Counted from the stretch's first letter, positions 17,479 to 26,206 are shown. The stretch: DNA of 32,000 bases from Bacillota bacterium (GCA_023408315.1 JAEYKI010000015.1:8985-40984); one strand, 5' to 3'. Notes: generated from the letters alone by a model not told the origin. Numbers and translations: made by a program.

Positions 17479-18684
17479 CGACCGGATCAGGCCGCGCATG
17501 AACAGTCGGCAAAAAAAATCAGCTTTTCTGCATCAGCGCAACCTTTAAAAAAAGCTGTGTCAGCAAAGACTATGCTATCTGCTGAAAAAGGCTTGAAACT
17601 GAGTGCGGAAAAAGCATGCTGTTCTTCCAGTTGTAACTGTGACAAAGAGCTTATAACACCATATAAAACAGAGGATACGTGGGTAACGGGCTTGCTCTCC
17701 GCTTCAAAAGGCAAAGTGCCTGTCGTTTCAACCAAGACCGGATTTAAAGACACGCTCGGAGCATGGAAAGTGCGCTGGAACATAGGAAGAATGGATTACA
17801 GAATTAATCCCGGTATTTATGCCGTTGGTTCGCCGGACAATTCATCTCCAGTGCTTGTAAGCGCAAATTATAAATTGACATTTGATACTTTGCGGAAAGA
17901 ACTATCTGGACTTAATTGCTGGCTTTTGATATTGGATACAAAGGGCGTCAACGTCTGGTGCGCCGCAGGAAAAGGCACATTCGGCACTGACGAGCTTATT
18001 AATCGCATATCAAAAACCGGGTTATCTGAAATCGTATCGCACAGAAATCTCATTTTGCCCCAGCTTGGCGCAGTCGGCGTGAGCGCCCATGAAGTTGTAC
18101 GCAAGACCGGTTTTTCAGTTGTATACGGTCCGGTAAGAGCAAAAAACATAAAGGAGTTTATCCATTCCGGTTTCAAAGCAACTGAAGCCATGCGTACTGT
18201 ACGGTTCACGGCAGGGGATAGGCTTGTACTCGCACCCATGGAGCTAGTTGAGGTAGCTAAGCCTTTGTTAATGGTGTTTGGAGCGCTGTTTATACTGAAT
18301 TTGTTTGCGGCAAGGCCTTTTGGCTTTAATGATTTCATCATTGGCGTGGGAGCCGTAATTGCGGGAGCGGTACTAACGCCGCTACTCCTACCGTTTATAC
18401 CAGGCAAGGCGTTTGCGTGGAAAGGCTGGCTTCTTGGAGCTGTTTGGACAGCGGCATATGCAGCTTTAAGCGGATGGCTTGCTCCGGGCAATCTGCTTTT
18501 AGGGCTTGGGTATCTGCTGGTATTGCCAGCCATCTCAGCATATATTGCAATGAATTTCACTGGCTCGTCAACCTATACGTCCTTCTCCGGCGTCATCAAG
18601 GAAATGAAAATCTCGTTGCCGTTCATTATTTCTTTGTCTGTTGTGGGAACCGTGCTGGTGCTGATTAAGGGCTTTTTGGCTTAG
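17434..18684 (+). CDS. hgcA: Corrinoid protein HgcA (mercury methylation) with an unusual Cys-rich N-terminal extension
   Basis: Diagnostic cap-helix motif GVNVWCAAGKGTF, a CFeSP-like soluble domain, and five C-terminal TM helices. The start is ambiguous. ATG 17434 or 17440 is preferred (AAAGGA RBS at 17424-17429), but the frame is open from 17281. It overlaps the arsR stop. Confidence 0.9.
   Translation: MKMSKEKSCCSSPGCRPDQAAHEQSAKKISFSASAQPLKKAVSAKTMLSAEKGLKLSAEKACCSSSCNCDKELITPYKTEDTWVTGLLSASKGKVPVVSTKTGFKDTLGAWKVRWNIGRMDYRINPGIYAVGSPDNSSPVLVSANYKLTFDTLRKELSGLNCWLLILDTKGVNVWCAAGKGTFGTDELINRISKTGLSEIVSHRNLILPQLGAVGVSAHEVVRKTGFSVVYGPVRAKNIKEFIHSGFKATEAMRTVRFTAGDRLVLAPMELVEVAKPLLMVFGALFILNLFAARPFGFNDFIIGVGAVIAGAVLTPLLLPFIPGKAFAWKGWLLGAVWTAAYAALSGWLAPGNLLLGLGYLLVLPAISAYIAMNFTGSSTYTSFSGVIKEMKISLPFIISLSVVGTVLVLIKGFLA
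17518..17640 (+). repeat. Cys-rich module, copy 2 (inside hgcA)
   Basis: In the hgcA frame it reads ISFSASAQPLKKAVSAKTMLSAEKGLKLSAEKACCSSSCNC. About half the residues are identical to copy 1, with one clean 3-nt indel. Confidence 0.75.
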
Positions 18685-18693
18685 GAGGACGTT

Positions 18694-18987
18694 ATGAAAC
18701 ATAAATATCTAAAAAATGTTGCGACTCTGAATTTATCAGTTGAGAAATGCATCGGCTGCGGAAGGTGCGCCGAGGTTTGCCCGCACCGCGTATTCGGCGT
18801 TAACGAGGGAAAAGCGCAGATAAAAGACAAAAATAGCTGCATGGAATGTGGCGCGTGCGCAAAGAATTGCCCTGCAGACGCAATTTCTGTGGAGGCGAGC
18901 GTTGGATGCGCGGCTGCAATTATCAAGAGTTGGTTTACCGGAGAGGAACCCAGTTGCGACTGCTCGGGTGGCGGAGACTGCTGCTGA
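18694..18987 (+). CDS. hgcB: 2x[4Fe-4S] ferredoxin HgcB
   Basis: Two cluster motifs, CIGCGRCAEVCP and CMECGACAKNCP, an internal conserved Cys (SVGCAAA), and a C-terminal vicinal pair ..GGGDCC. AGGAGGA RBS. Starts 9 bp after hgcA. Confidence 0.9.
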   Translation: MKHKYLKNVATLNLSVEKCIGCGRCAEVCPHRVFGVNEGKAQIKDKNSCMECGACAKNCPADAISVEASVGCAAAIIKSWFTGEEPSCDCSGGGDCC

Positions 18988-19045
18988 AATGCAGTGATAA
19001 GCCCCGACTTTAGTGTATTGGTGATAGAAGGCAGGGAGATACTCT

Positions 19046-20719
19046 TTGAGGATTATTATTATTGGAGCGGTTGCCGCGGGTACTTCCGCCGCCGCAAAAG
19101 CAAGGCGGAATACCGAAGAGGCTGAGATTACAATATACGAAAAAGACCGGTATATATCCTACTCAGGATGCGGTATGCCTTATTACCTGGGGGGAGAAGT
19201 GGAAGAAGAAGCCGAACTGTATCCGCGTGATCCCGCGTTTTTTAAAACAAAATACAACGTGGATATACATACGGGGCATGAAGTAATTTCTGTTGATCCT
19301 GCGACAAAGACACTGCAGGTAAAAGATTTGGCAAATGGGCAGATATTCAACGATACCTACGACAAGTTCCTGTTTGCAACGGGAGCCATCGCTGCGGTTC
19401 CACCCATTAAAGGCGCAGACCGGGACAATGCTTTTGTTCTGCGCAACATTAGGGATATGCAGGCGATTGATGCTTATATCGAGAAAAATGCGCCCCAAAA
19501 TGCTGTGATTATCGGGACCGGTTTTATTGGCATGGAAATGTGCGAGAGCCTGGTGAACCGGGGTATCCATGTTACATTACTGGAAAAGCAGCAAACGATA
19601 TCTCCCTGGCTGGACCGTGATATGTCTGCCCATTTAAAGAAGTACCTGGACTTAAAAGGCGTTGGTCATATAACCGGCATTTCTGTTGAGCAGATTACGG
19701 AAAATCAGGTTTTGCTTGCAAACGGAGAGGAGATACCGGCGGATTTGGTGCTGCTGGCTGCAGGCATTATTCCCAATACAGCGCTTGCCGGCAAAACAGG
19801 AATTCAGTTGGGAACTACTGGGGCCATAGCCGTTAATGAGCGCATGGAAACAAGCCTTAAGGATATTTATGCCTGCGGAGACTGTATAGAAGTTGAAAAT
19901 ATCATAAGCGGCAAGCCGGTGTACTGCCCACTGGGATCAACGGCAAACAAGACAGGAAGGATAGCGGGCGACCGGATGACTGGCGGCGACCTGATTTTCA
20001 GAGGAGTACTTGGTACGGGAATCTACAAGGTATTCGACATGACGGTAGCCAAGACAGGGCTTGGAGAAGAACAGGCCAAATTGGAAGGAATTGAGACATC
20101 AGTATGCCACAACATCAAACCGAACAGGCCTGAGTATATGCACGGGCAGGAGATGGTCATTAAGGCTGTTGCGGATAAAAAGACAGGCAGATTACTGGGC
20201 GTTCAGATAATCGGCTACGCGGGTGTTGCCAAGCGGATAGATGTATTTGCGACGGCAATGACCTACGGTGCAAAAGCAGAGGACCTGTTTCATCTGGACC
20301 TCGCGTACGCGCCGCCGTTCGCCACCACCAAAGACCCGGTGCATTATACCGGAATGATACTTGATAACACAATACGGCAAAACAGCCCGCTGATTACGCC
20401 GGATGAGCTGCATGCCTTGATGAAATCAGGTGAGCGCTGCGTGATCATTGATACCAGGGCGCAAAGCACGTATGAAAAAGGGCATATCAAATCTGCAATC
20501 AATATACCGCTGGCAGACCTGAGGGCAGCTTTAAGCGGAATAGAAAAGAATGTGTCTGTCATAACCTACTGCAACAAGGGCGTGACCGGAAACGCGGCGC
20601 AGAATGTATTGATCGGCAGGGGATTTAAAATGGTTTATAACCTTTCGGGCGGATATAAAAATTTTAGTACGATGTATCCGGATGAAAATGAAAATACCAA
20701 ATCCGGTTTTGTACAATAA
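19046..20719 (+). CDS. CoA-disulfide reductase / NADH-dependent persulfide reductase family flavoprotein with a C-terminal rhodanese domain (CoADR-RHD)
   Basis: TTG start after an AGGGAG RBS. FAD fold [14 protein letters not shown], redox-Cys motif [13 protein letters not shown], second Rossmann fold [13 protein letters not shown], and rhodanese active-site loop YCNKGVTGN near the C-terminus. Confidence 0.8.
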   Translation: MRIIIIGAVAAGTSAAAKARRNTEEAEITIYEKDRYISYSGCGMPYYLGGEVEEEAELYPRDPAFFKTKYNVDIHTGHEVISVDPATKTLQVKDLANGQIFNDTYDKFLFATGAIAAVPPIKGADRDNAFVLRNIRDMQAIDAYIEKNAPQNAVIIGTGFIGMEMCESLVNRGIHVTLLEKQQTISPWLDRDMSAHLKKYLDLKGVGHITGISVEQITENQVLLANGEEIPADLVLLAAGIIPNTALAGKTGIQLGTTGAIAVNERMETSLKDIYACGDCIEVENIISGKPVYCPLGSTANKTGRIAGDRMTGGDLIFRGVLGTGIYKVFDMTVAKTGLGEEQAKLEGIETSVCHNIKPNRPEYMHGQEMVIKAVADKKTGRLLGVQIIGYAGVAKRIDVFATAMTYGAKAEDLFHLDLAYAPPFATTKDPVHYTGMILDNTIRQNSPLITPDELHALMKSGERCVIIDTRAQSTYEKGHIKSAINIPLADLRAALSGIEKNVSVITYCNKGVTGNAAQNVLIGRGFKMVYNLSGGYKNFSTMYPDENENTKSGFVQ

Positions 20720-20739
20720 ATAGTGGGGAGGATATTGCA

Positions 20740-21822
20740 ATGGATAAAAATAAAGAAGTCAGATTATCTTTTTTAGACCGGTTTCTTACACTGTGGATAT
20801 TTATCGCAATGGCCGCAGGCGTACTTGGAGGTTTTTTATTTCCGGGGCTTTCAAAGACGCTGGAGGGAATGAGTACCGGTACGATTTCATGGCCTATCGC
20901 AATGGGACTTATTGTTATGATGTACCCGCCCCTGGCGAAGATCAAGTATGAGGAAATAGGCAAGGTAGCCAGGAACAAAAAGGTGCTGGGGCTTTCTCTC
21001 ATCCAAAACTGGCTCGTAGGCCCTGTGCTCATGTTTGTGCTTGCGATCCTGCTGTTGCATGATCTGCCCAATTATGCAATAGGCCTCATCGTCATTGGCC
21101 TTGCCCGGTGCATCGCAATGGTGATCGTTTGGAATACGCTGGCCAAAGGTGACAACGAATACTGCGCTGCGCTGGTCGCTTTGAATTCCATTTTCCAGAT
21201 CATATTCTATTCGGTATATATCTACATATTTGTAACTGTGCTGCCGCAGTGGCTTGGGCTTTCCTGGGGCGGGACGGTTGTCAACGTCTCTATTCTGGAC
21301 GTTGCCAAAAGCGTATTGATTTATTTAGGTATTCCTTTTGCAGGAGGGTTTTTGACCCGTTTTCTGACACTTAAGAAAAAGAGCAAAGAGTGGTATGAAA
21401 AGAAGTTTCTTCCCAAGATATCGCCAATCGCGCTGATCGCGCTGCTGTATACGATTGTTGTGATGTTCATCCTGAAGGGCGAGTTTATAATCTCCTTACC
21501 GTACATTGTGCTCAGGATCGCTATTCCGCTGCTGATCTATTTTGCGGTAATGTTCCTGGTCAGCTTCTATATGTCATACAAGAAGGGCTTACCTTACAAT
21601 CAAACTGTTACTCTTTCTTTCACTGCCGCCAGTAACAATTTTGAGCTGGCCATTGCGGTCGCGGTTGCGGTGTTTGGTATCGCTTCGGACCAGGCCTTTG
21701 CAGCGGTAATCGGTCCTCTGATTGAAGTGCCGGTAATGATCTCACTGGTAAATGTAGCGATGCGTTTTAGAAAAAAATATTTTGATGAGACTGGTATGCC
21801 CCTATCAAAACAAGTCAAATAA
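20740..21822 (+). CDS. acr3: ACR3-family arsenite efflux permease
   Basis: N-terminus [23 protein letters not shown], conserved [12 protein letters not shown] Cys motif, and ~10 TM helices. GGGGAGG RBS 20 bp after the upstream stop. Confidence 0.9.
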   Translation: MDKNKEVRLSFLDRFLTLWIFIAMAAGVLGGFLFPGLSKTLEGMSTGTISWPIAMGLIVMMYPPLAKIKYEEIGKVARNKKVLGLSLIQNWLVGPVLMFVLAILLLHDLPNYAIGLIVIGLARCIAMVIVWNTLAKGDNEYCAALVALNSIFQIIFYSVYIYIFVTVLPQWLGLSWGGTVVNVSILDVAKSVLIYLGIPFAGGFLTRFLTLKKKSKEWYEKKFLPKISPIALIALLYTIVVMFILKGEFIISLPYIVLRIAIPLLIYFAVMFLVSFYMSYKKGLPYNQTVTLSFTAASNNFELAIAVAVAVFGIASDQAFAAVIGPLIEVPVMISLVNVAMRFRKKYFDETGMPLSKQVK

Positions 21823-21915
21823 AATTAAATTCATATGATTTCGCAACTAAAAGGGTTCCGCTGCGCTTCTTACAATAGTAAGGGAACATCTATGCTCAAT
21901 CTTACAGAAAATAAT

Positions 21916-21941
21916 AGATCAAGGAACCATATCCTTGATCT
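21916..21941 (-). terminator. Perfect 10-bp-stem hairpin between convergent genes (terminator for 21984-22604; possibly bidirectional for acr3)
   Basis: AGATCAAGGA-accata-TCCTTGATCT. A T-rich tract (ATTATTTTCT) follows on the minus strand only. Confidence 0.5.
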
Positions 21942-21983
21942 ATTAAATCTACCAACGCCACAAAAGAAATGTCTGCAGAGATA

Positions 21984-22604
21984 TTATCTTTTTAATTGAA
22001 GATCAAACTGCTTCATATATTCTTTTTCTTCATCAGTATATTTGCGCAGTGTATCAATGACTTTACCGTTGTTCCATTTGCGATCAATAATTTCATCGCT
22101 GGTACCCATAACGGTAATATTCAACTGGCGATGACGGGCACGCACATGATCCCAATCAATAAAATAAATGTGGGCGAATTCGCCTCCATCCAGTTCTCCA
22201 TCTTTGATCGTCATTGTTTCACTTCGCCCAAAGAATACGGAGCGCAGGTGCCCATCGGTATTCATACTCGTAAAGTCTCCCGGTTCGCCGACGTGACGGC
22301 CAAACTGGGCATGAATTGGGCCCGGATGACGGTATTGGTGCTCTTCAGCAAAATCCGGAATCATTTTTCTCATAATATCAAGTAAATCGTGCTGCAGGTA
22401 CTCTAGATCAAATGAATCTATATCGTGCGAGCATTCTTGCACCATAACGCTGCAAGTCGTGTGGTGGGACGCGATGCAGCAAGTGCCGTTTTTTATGCCT
22501 GAAGCAGCAATAATTTCGCGCACCTCTTTCGACACATCGTGAAATGTTGGTATCCATCCCCTGGACTGTAGTTCCAGCTCCTTTTGAACGACTTTAAAAT
22601 CCAT
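21984..22604 (-). CDS. YjbQ/UPF0047-family protein (secondary thiamine-phosphate synthase-like) with a C-terminal extension
   Basis: Motifs ..NGTCCIASHHTTCSVMVQE..D, ..YRHPGP.., and ..HLRSVFFGRSETMTIKDGELDGGEFAHIYFIDWD. I place the start at ATG 22604, 8 nt after GGAGG. The ORF-track TTG at 22619 lies inside the RBS. Confidence 0.65.
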   Translation of the reverse strand: MDFKVVQKELELQSRGWIPTFHDVSKEVREIIAASGIKNGTCCIASHHTTCSVMVQECSHDIDSFDLEYLQHDLLDIMRKMIPDFAEEHQYRHPGPIHAQFGRHVGEPGDFTSMNTDGHLRSVFFGRSETMTIKDGELDGGEFAHIYFIDWDHVRARHRQLNITVMGTSDEIIDRKWNNGKVIDTLRKYTDEEKEYMKQFDLQLKR

Positions 22605-22637
22605 CTTTTCGACCTCCAAAAACTTAAAAATTATTAT

Positions 22638-23339
22638 TTATAAATATAATTCATCCCAAGCGCGCCGTACTGAACTGATCATCTCTTCAACCATGGCTGC
22701 CCGGTCGGGAGCGTTTGTAACTCCGCTGGAAGAGCCTGTTGCATCTGCGCCGGAACGAATTACATTATATACGTCTTGCCCATTGCTGATTCCAGCTGCC
22801 TGCAGCACCAGAATCTTGGAGTTAATATTTTTAATGGCAGAAGTTGTTGCCGCTATATAATCAGTGCTGCTCGTTTTGCCTGTTCCAATCAATTCGGATG
22901 GTTCCGCAACTATGATATTTGGGCCAAGGCATGCAACTGCTTTGGCTTCTGCAATTGAATCTGCGCAGACAATTGTAGTGAGTCCGACTTCATCGGCCCT
23001 TTTAATGGTTTGATTTAAAACGCTAAGGGACAGTGGCTTTTCGCAATGGTTGAGCATGACCCCGGTTGCGCCGGCGGCAACCAAGGACTCGGCGAGTGTA
23101 TCGGCCAAACCGCGGCCAGGGCGCAAAGGATCCATATGGGGAGCAAAAATAAAAATACGTTCGGTTGCTTCTGCAATCCGGCGAATATCCACAACCGGTG
23201 TAGTAAAGATGATATCAACGTCATATTTTTTAGCAGCTGCATCGGCAGCCTTGGCTAAAGTCAGGACGTCATCTCCATAAAGATAGGACTTTGGTCCGAT
23301 TTCAAAAAAAGGGGGCTTTATTTGCGAATTCTTATTCAT
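22638..23339 (-). CDS. Archaeal-type triose-phosphate isomerase family protein
   Basis: Collinear with short archaeal TIMs. Lys in EIGPKSY, His in MLNHCE, and catalytic Glu in AEPSELIGTG, followed by LQAAGISNG. Start at ATG 23339, behind the RBS AAAGGA. Confidence 0.7.
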   Translation of the reverse strand: MNKNSQIKPPFFEIGPKSYLYGDDVLTLAKAADAAAKKYDVDIIFTTPVVDIRRIAEATERIFIFAPHMDPLRPGRGLADTLAESLVAAGATGVMLNHCEKPLSLSVLNQTIKRADEVGLTTIVCADSIAEAKAVACLGPNIIVAEPSELIGTGKTSSTDYIAATTSAIKNINSKILVLQAAGISNGQDVYNVIRSGADATGSSSGVTNAPDRAAMVEEMISSVRRAWDELYL

Positions 23340-23369
23340 CGTGCACATCCTTTTTTATTGTTTTTAATT

Positions 23370-23398
23370 ATTATAAAAAAAACAAAAAAATAAGTCAA
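23370..23398 (-). promoter_or_regulatory. Sigma-A promoter for the TIM/YjbQ pair
   Basis: On the minus strand, TTGACT, 17-nt spacer, TATAAT. Confidence 0.55.
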
Positions 23399-23422
23399 TA
23401 ATATTTTCTAAAAATTTTCGTA

Positions 23423-23451
23423 TTGATTTCCTATACAAAAAATATTATAAT
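23423..23451 (+). promoter_or_regulatory. Sigma-A promoter for the SIS-DeoR-MFS genes (divergent partner of 23370-23398)
   Basis: TTGATT (23423-23428), 17-nt spacer, TATAAT (23446-23451). Confidence 0.5.
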
Positions 23452-23510
23452 ATAAACAATATTTTGTAAAAAATGTTGAAGCCACAAAGATTAAAGGGAG
23501 GCTGTTCAGG

Positions 23511-24107
23511 ATGGATGCAGCAATGGAACAGGCAAAAGAATCATTTAAGATTGAAGCTGATTGTTTATATGAACAATTCAAATATATTGATGAGAAAGAA
23601 TTTACGCGTGCTATAGATGCGCTGGCAACGGCGGAAAGAATTGGAGCCAGCGGTTGCGGCCATTCAGGGATTGCATGCCAACATTTTGCCCATTTGATGT
23701 GTTGTATAGAGCGGCCTGCGCGTTTTATTTCTCCGGCTGAAGCTGTTCATGGGGCTATGGGCTTTATTAAGAAAGGCGATATTATGCTGCTTGCGTCCAG
23801 AGGCGGTAAGACGAAGGAACTTCTTCCTATTATGGAAGTTTGCAAAGAAAAACAAGCCACTGTCATTGCTTTGACTGAAAATATAAATTCTCCGCTTGCA
23901 AAAGGCGCCGATATCGTAATTGCCATGCATGTCAGCCGCGAAACGGATAAGTACAACAGTCAGGGGACGACAAGCTTTATAGTTCTTTCGGCAATTTTTG
24001 ATGCTCTGCAATCTGCTTTGGTAGAGAAAACAAATTACCAAAATGAGCAATTTGCATTGATTCATCCGGGCGGCGCCGTTGGAGAACGTCTGAATCAAGA
24101 AAAATAA
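23511..24107 (+). CDS. SIS-domain sugar-phosphate isomerase (KpsF/GutQ-like SIS module without CBS domains)
   Basis: SGCGHSGIACQHFAHLM.., ..ISPAEAVHGAMGFIKKGDIMLLASRGGKTKEL.., and ..VIALTENINSPLAKGADIVI match the SIS fold pattern. Confidence 0.75.
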   Translation: MDAAMEQAKESFKIEADCLYEQFKYIDEKEFTRAIDALATAERIGASGCGHSGIACQHFAHLMCCIERPARFISPAEAVHGAMGFIKKGDIMLLASRGGKTKELLPIMEVCKEKQATVIALTENINSPLAKGADIVIAMHVSRETDKYNSQGTTSFIVLSAIFDALQSALVEKTNYQNEQFALIHPGGAVGERLNQEK

Positions 24108-24192
24108 GAAATTAGTTTCGAAATGGTTCGTATTGTGATATGGTGAAAATATATAAATTGATTGATTATATTTATATTTTGGAGGGGATAAA

Positions 24193-24978
24193 ATGGCAGT
24201 GGGAGACTTGAAGATAGATGCGCGCAGAAACAAAATTTTAGAGATTTTAAACCGTGACGGGCAAGTACGGGTAACGCAGCTCAGCGAAGAACTGGGAGCC
24301 ACAACGGTTACGATCCGTAGTGATTTAGACGCTCTGGAGCAGGATGGATACCTTGAACGTATTCAGGGCGGCGCTGTTCAGACTGTAAGAAACTATTATA
24401 ATTTAGAATTTCTGAGAAGAAAACAGGAGAACAGTGAAGCAAAAAAAAGCATTGCATCGGCGGCAGCCGATATAATTCGCGACGGTGATACAATTTTAAT
24501 CAATTCCGGTACCACCACGTATTATACTGCGATTGAACTGAAAAAACGTAAAAAATTAAATATCGTTACAAACTCGCTAATGGTTGCTTCGGAGCTAGGG
24601 GCTTATCCGACTTTCCGGGTTATTTTATTGGGCGGAGAGATTAATACGCAGTATTCTTTTACCTATGGCAGTGATGCGCAAGAGCAACTGAGACAATATA
24701 AGGCTGAATATGCGATTTTATCAATGGATGGCGTTTGTTTTGAAAATGGATTAACTACATACCATGCGGAAGAAGCGGTAATAAACCGAATTATGATGGA
24801 TCGGGCAAAAAAGACGGTGATCGTTGCGGACAGCCGTAAACTGGGACGTGAAGGATTCTTACATGTATCTGATCTTTCAAATATGGATATTCTGGTTACG
24901 GATCAAGAAGCAGATTTGCAATTCTTAAGCAGGCTTCAGGAAAAGAAAGTAGAGGTTTTTTACGGAAAAGACGAGTAG
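24193..24978 (+). CDS. DeoR/GlpR-family transcriptional repressor
   Basis: N-terminal HTH (RRNKILEILNRDGQVRVTQLSEELGATTVTIRSDLDALEQDGYLERIQGGA) plus a DeoR C-terminal sugar-phosphate sensor domain (ILINSGTTT.., ..ADSRKLG..). Confidence 0.9.
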   Translation: MAVGDLKIDARRNKILEILNRDGQVRVTQLSEELGATTVTIRSDLDALEQDGYLERIQGGAVQTVRNYYNLEFLRRKQENSEAKKSIASAAADIIRDGDTILINSGTTTYYTAIELKKRKKLNIVTNSLMVASELGAYPTFRVILLGGEINTQYSFTYGSDAQEQLRQYKAEYAILSMDGVCFENGLTTYHAEEAVINRIMMDRAKKTVIVADSRKLGREGFLHVSDLSNMDILVTDQEADLQFLSRLQEKKVEVFYGKDE

Positions 24979-24982
24979 ATGG

Positions 24983-26134
24983 ATGCCGGTATTTTTGTCA
25001 GCATGCTTAATGCTTTTTATTGGGTTTGAAGTAGGAGGATTTCAGTTCGTTCTATCTGATATTTCAAGAGAATTCAACACAACGAAAATCGGTATGGGAT
25101 TTTTGGCGGCGGCACAATATATGAGCGTTATTGTAATGCCGCTTTTCTTTGGCAGGTTGGCAGATAAAACAGGCAAAAAGCCCATGCTGGTAGGTTTCGT
25201 CATTGTTTTTATTTTAGGGTGTGCAATAGCAGCGCTGTCGGGTTCCGTTTGGATATTTATTATTGGGGCTTTCTTGATCGGCGCAGGTTATAGCGTTTGT
25301 GAAAGCGTAAGTTCTGCACTGATTACGGATTTATATCCTGAAAAGAATATAAGGTATATCAATATATGCCAATGTATGCTTAGCGTAGGCGCGGTTCTAG
25401 GCCCTGTTATTGTTAATTGGGGCATAAAAAATTCAAGCTGGCGTACGCTGTTTTTTATATGCGCAGCCGCCTATTTATTTCTGCTGTTTCTCTTAATTAA
25501 AACCAAAATTCCCTTAAGTGATAGCCGGAATAAAACTGAAAACATCTTTAAAATTGGAAAATTTATGAAATCTCCCGTCTTTGTAATATTGCTTGTATTG
25601 ATTATTTTGTATGTCGGGCTTGAAAATGGAATCGGATATTTTACAGAGACTTTGTTTTATTCAAAATTCTCGCAAGCCAGCCTTGGAGCTTATGCAATTT
25701 CCGCATATTGGATAGGGATGGCTGCATCCCGCCTGGTGAGCGGAACCAGAAGGCAGCCGCATTACCGTGTATTGCTTGTATGTTTTATGCTCGCCTGTGC
25801 ATTGTTTGCGGTGCTGGCTTTTTCTCAGGAAGTTTACCTTTCGCTTGCCGTATGCGCTCTAACAGGCGCGGCATTTGGTCCTATCTGGTCAACTTTAATA
25901 GGATTGGCGGCAAAACAATTCCCTCAAAATACAGGCGAATCTGTAGGGCTAATGAGTTCGGGGTGTGGATTGGGCGGAGCTGTTTATCCTGTTTTAATGG
26001 GGATAATGGCAGATTGCTTTAATATAAGCACCGCCTTTTTGTTTTTAGCGGCGACGGCGCTTGCGGGAGGGGTAGTGTGCGTTGTGCTGATTACTTTCAA
26101 ACTGAAGAAACCTAACAATGCGGCGCTTCAATGA
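24983..26134 (+). CDS. MFS transporter (probable sugar or sugar-derivative permease)
   Basis: Twelve-TM-like hydropathy profile and the MFS loop motif FGRLADKTGKKP. The start is uncertain because the RBS is weak; 25010 is an alternative. Confidence 0.75.
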   Translation: MPVFLSACLMLFIGFEVGGFQFVLSDISREFNTTKIGMGFLAAAQYMSVIVMPLFFGRLADKTGKKPMLVGFVIVFILGCAIAALSGSVWIFIIGAFLIGAGYSVCESVSSALITDLYPEKNIRYINICQCMLSVGAVLGPVIVNWGIKNSSWRTLFFICAAAYLFLLFLLIKTKIPLSDSRNKTENIFKIGKFMKSPVFVILLVLIILYVGLENGIGYFTETLFYSKFSQASLGAYAISAYWIGMAASRLVSGTRRQPHYRVLLVCFMLACALFAVLAFSQEVYLSLAVCALTGAAFGPIWSTLIGLAAKQFPQNTGESVGLMSSGCGLGGAVYPVLMGIMADCFNISTAFLFLAATALAGGVVCVVLITFKLKKPNNAALQ

Positions 26135-26170
26135 TTGAAATTTGATATAAGAATTACAACATGATCAAGA

Positions 26171-26206
26171 AAACCGGCAAACGAAAATTTATGGCCGGTT
26201 TTTTCG
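26171..26206 (+). terminator. Rho-independent terminator after the MFS gene
   Basis: AAACCGGC-aaacgaaaatttatg-GCCGGTTT followed by TTTT. Confidence 0.7.

Noticed and set aside
17868-18560. 230-aa minus-strand ORF antisense to the hgcA TM domain
   Set aside because: The translation is Ala/Pro/Ser-rich with no motif or RBS. The sense strand encodes the HgcA membrane domain contiguous with the NVWCAAGK domain.
20400-20719. Rhodanese domain of the flavoprotein as an Acr2/Cdc25-type arsenate reductase
   Set aside because: The active-site loop is CNKGVTGN. The Arg of the CX5R motif required in Cdc25/Acr2-type reductases is absent. The architecture fits CoADR-RHD persulfide reductases instead.
23664-24302. 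212-aa minus-strand ORF spanning the SIS gene and the intergenic region
   Set aside because: It is antisense to a well-supported SIS-domain gene and crosses the DeoR start region. It has no RBS or motifs.
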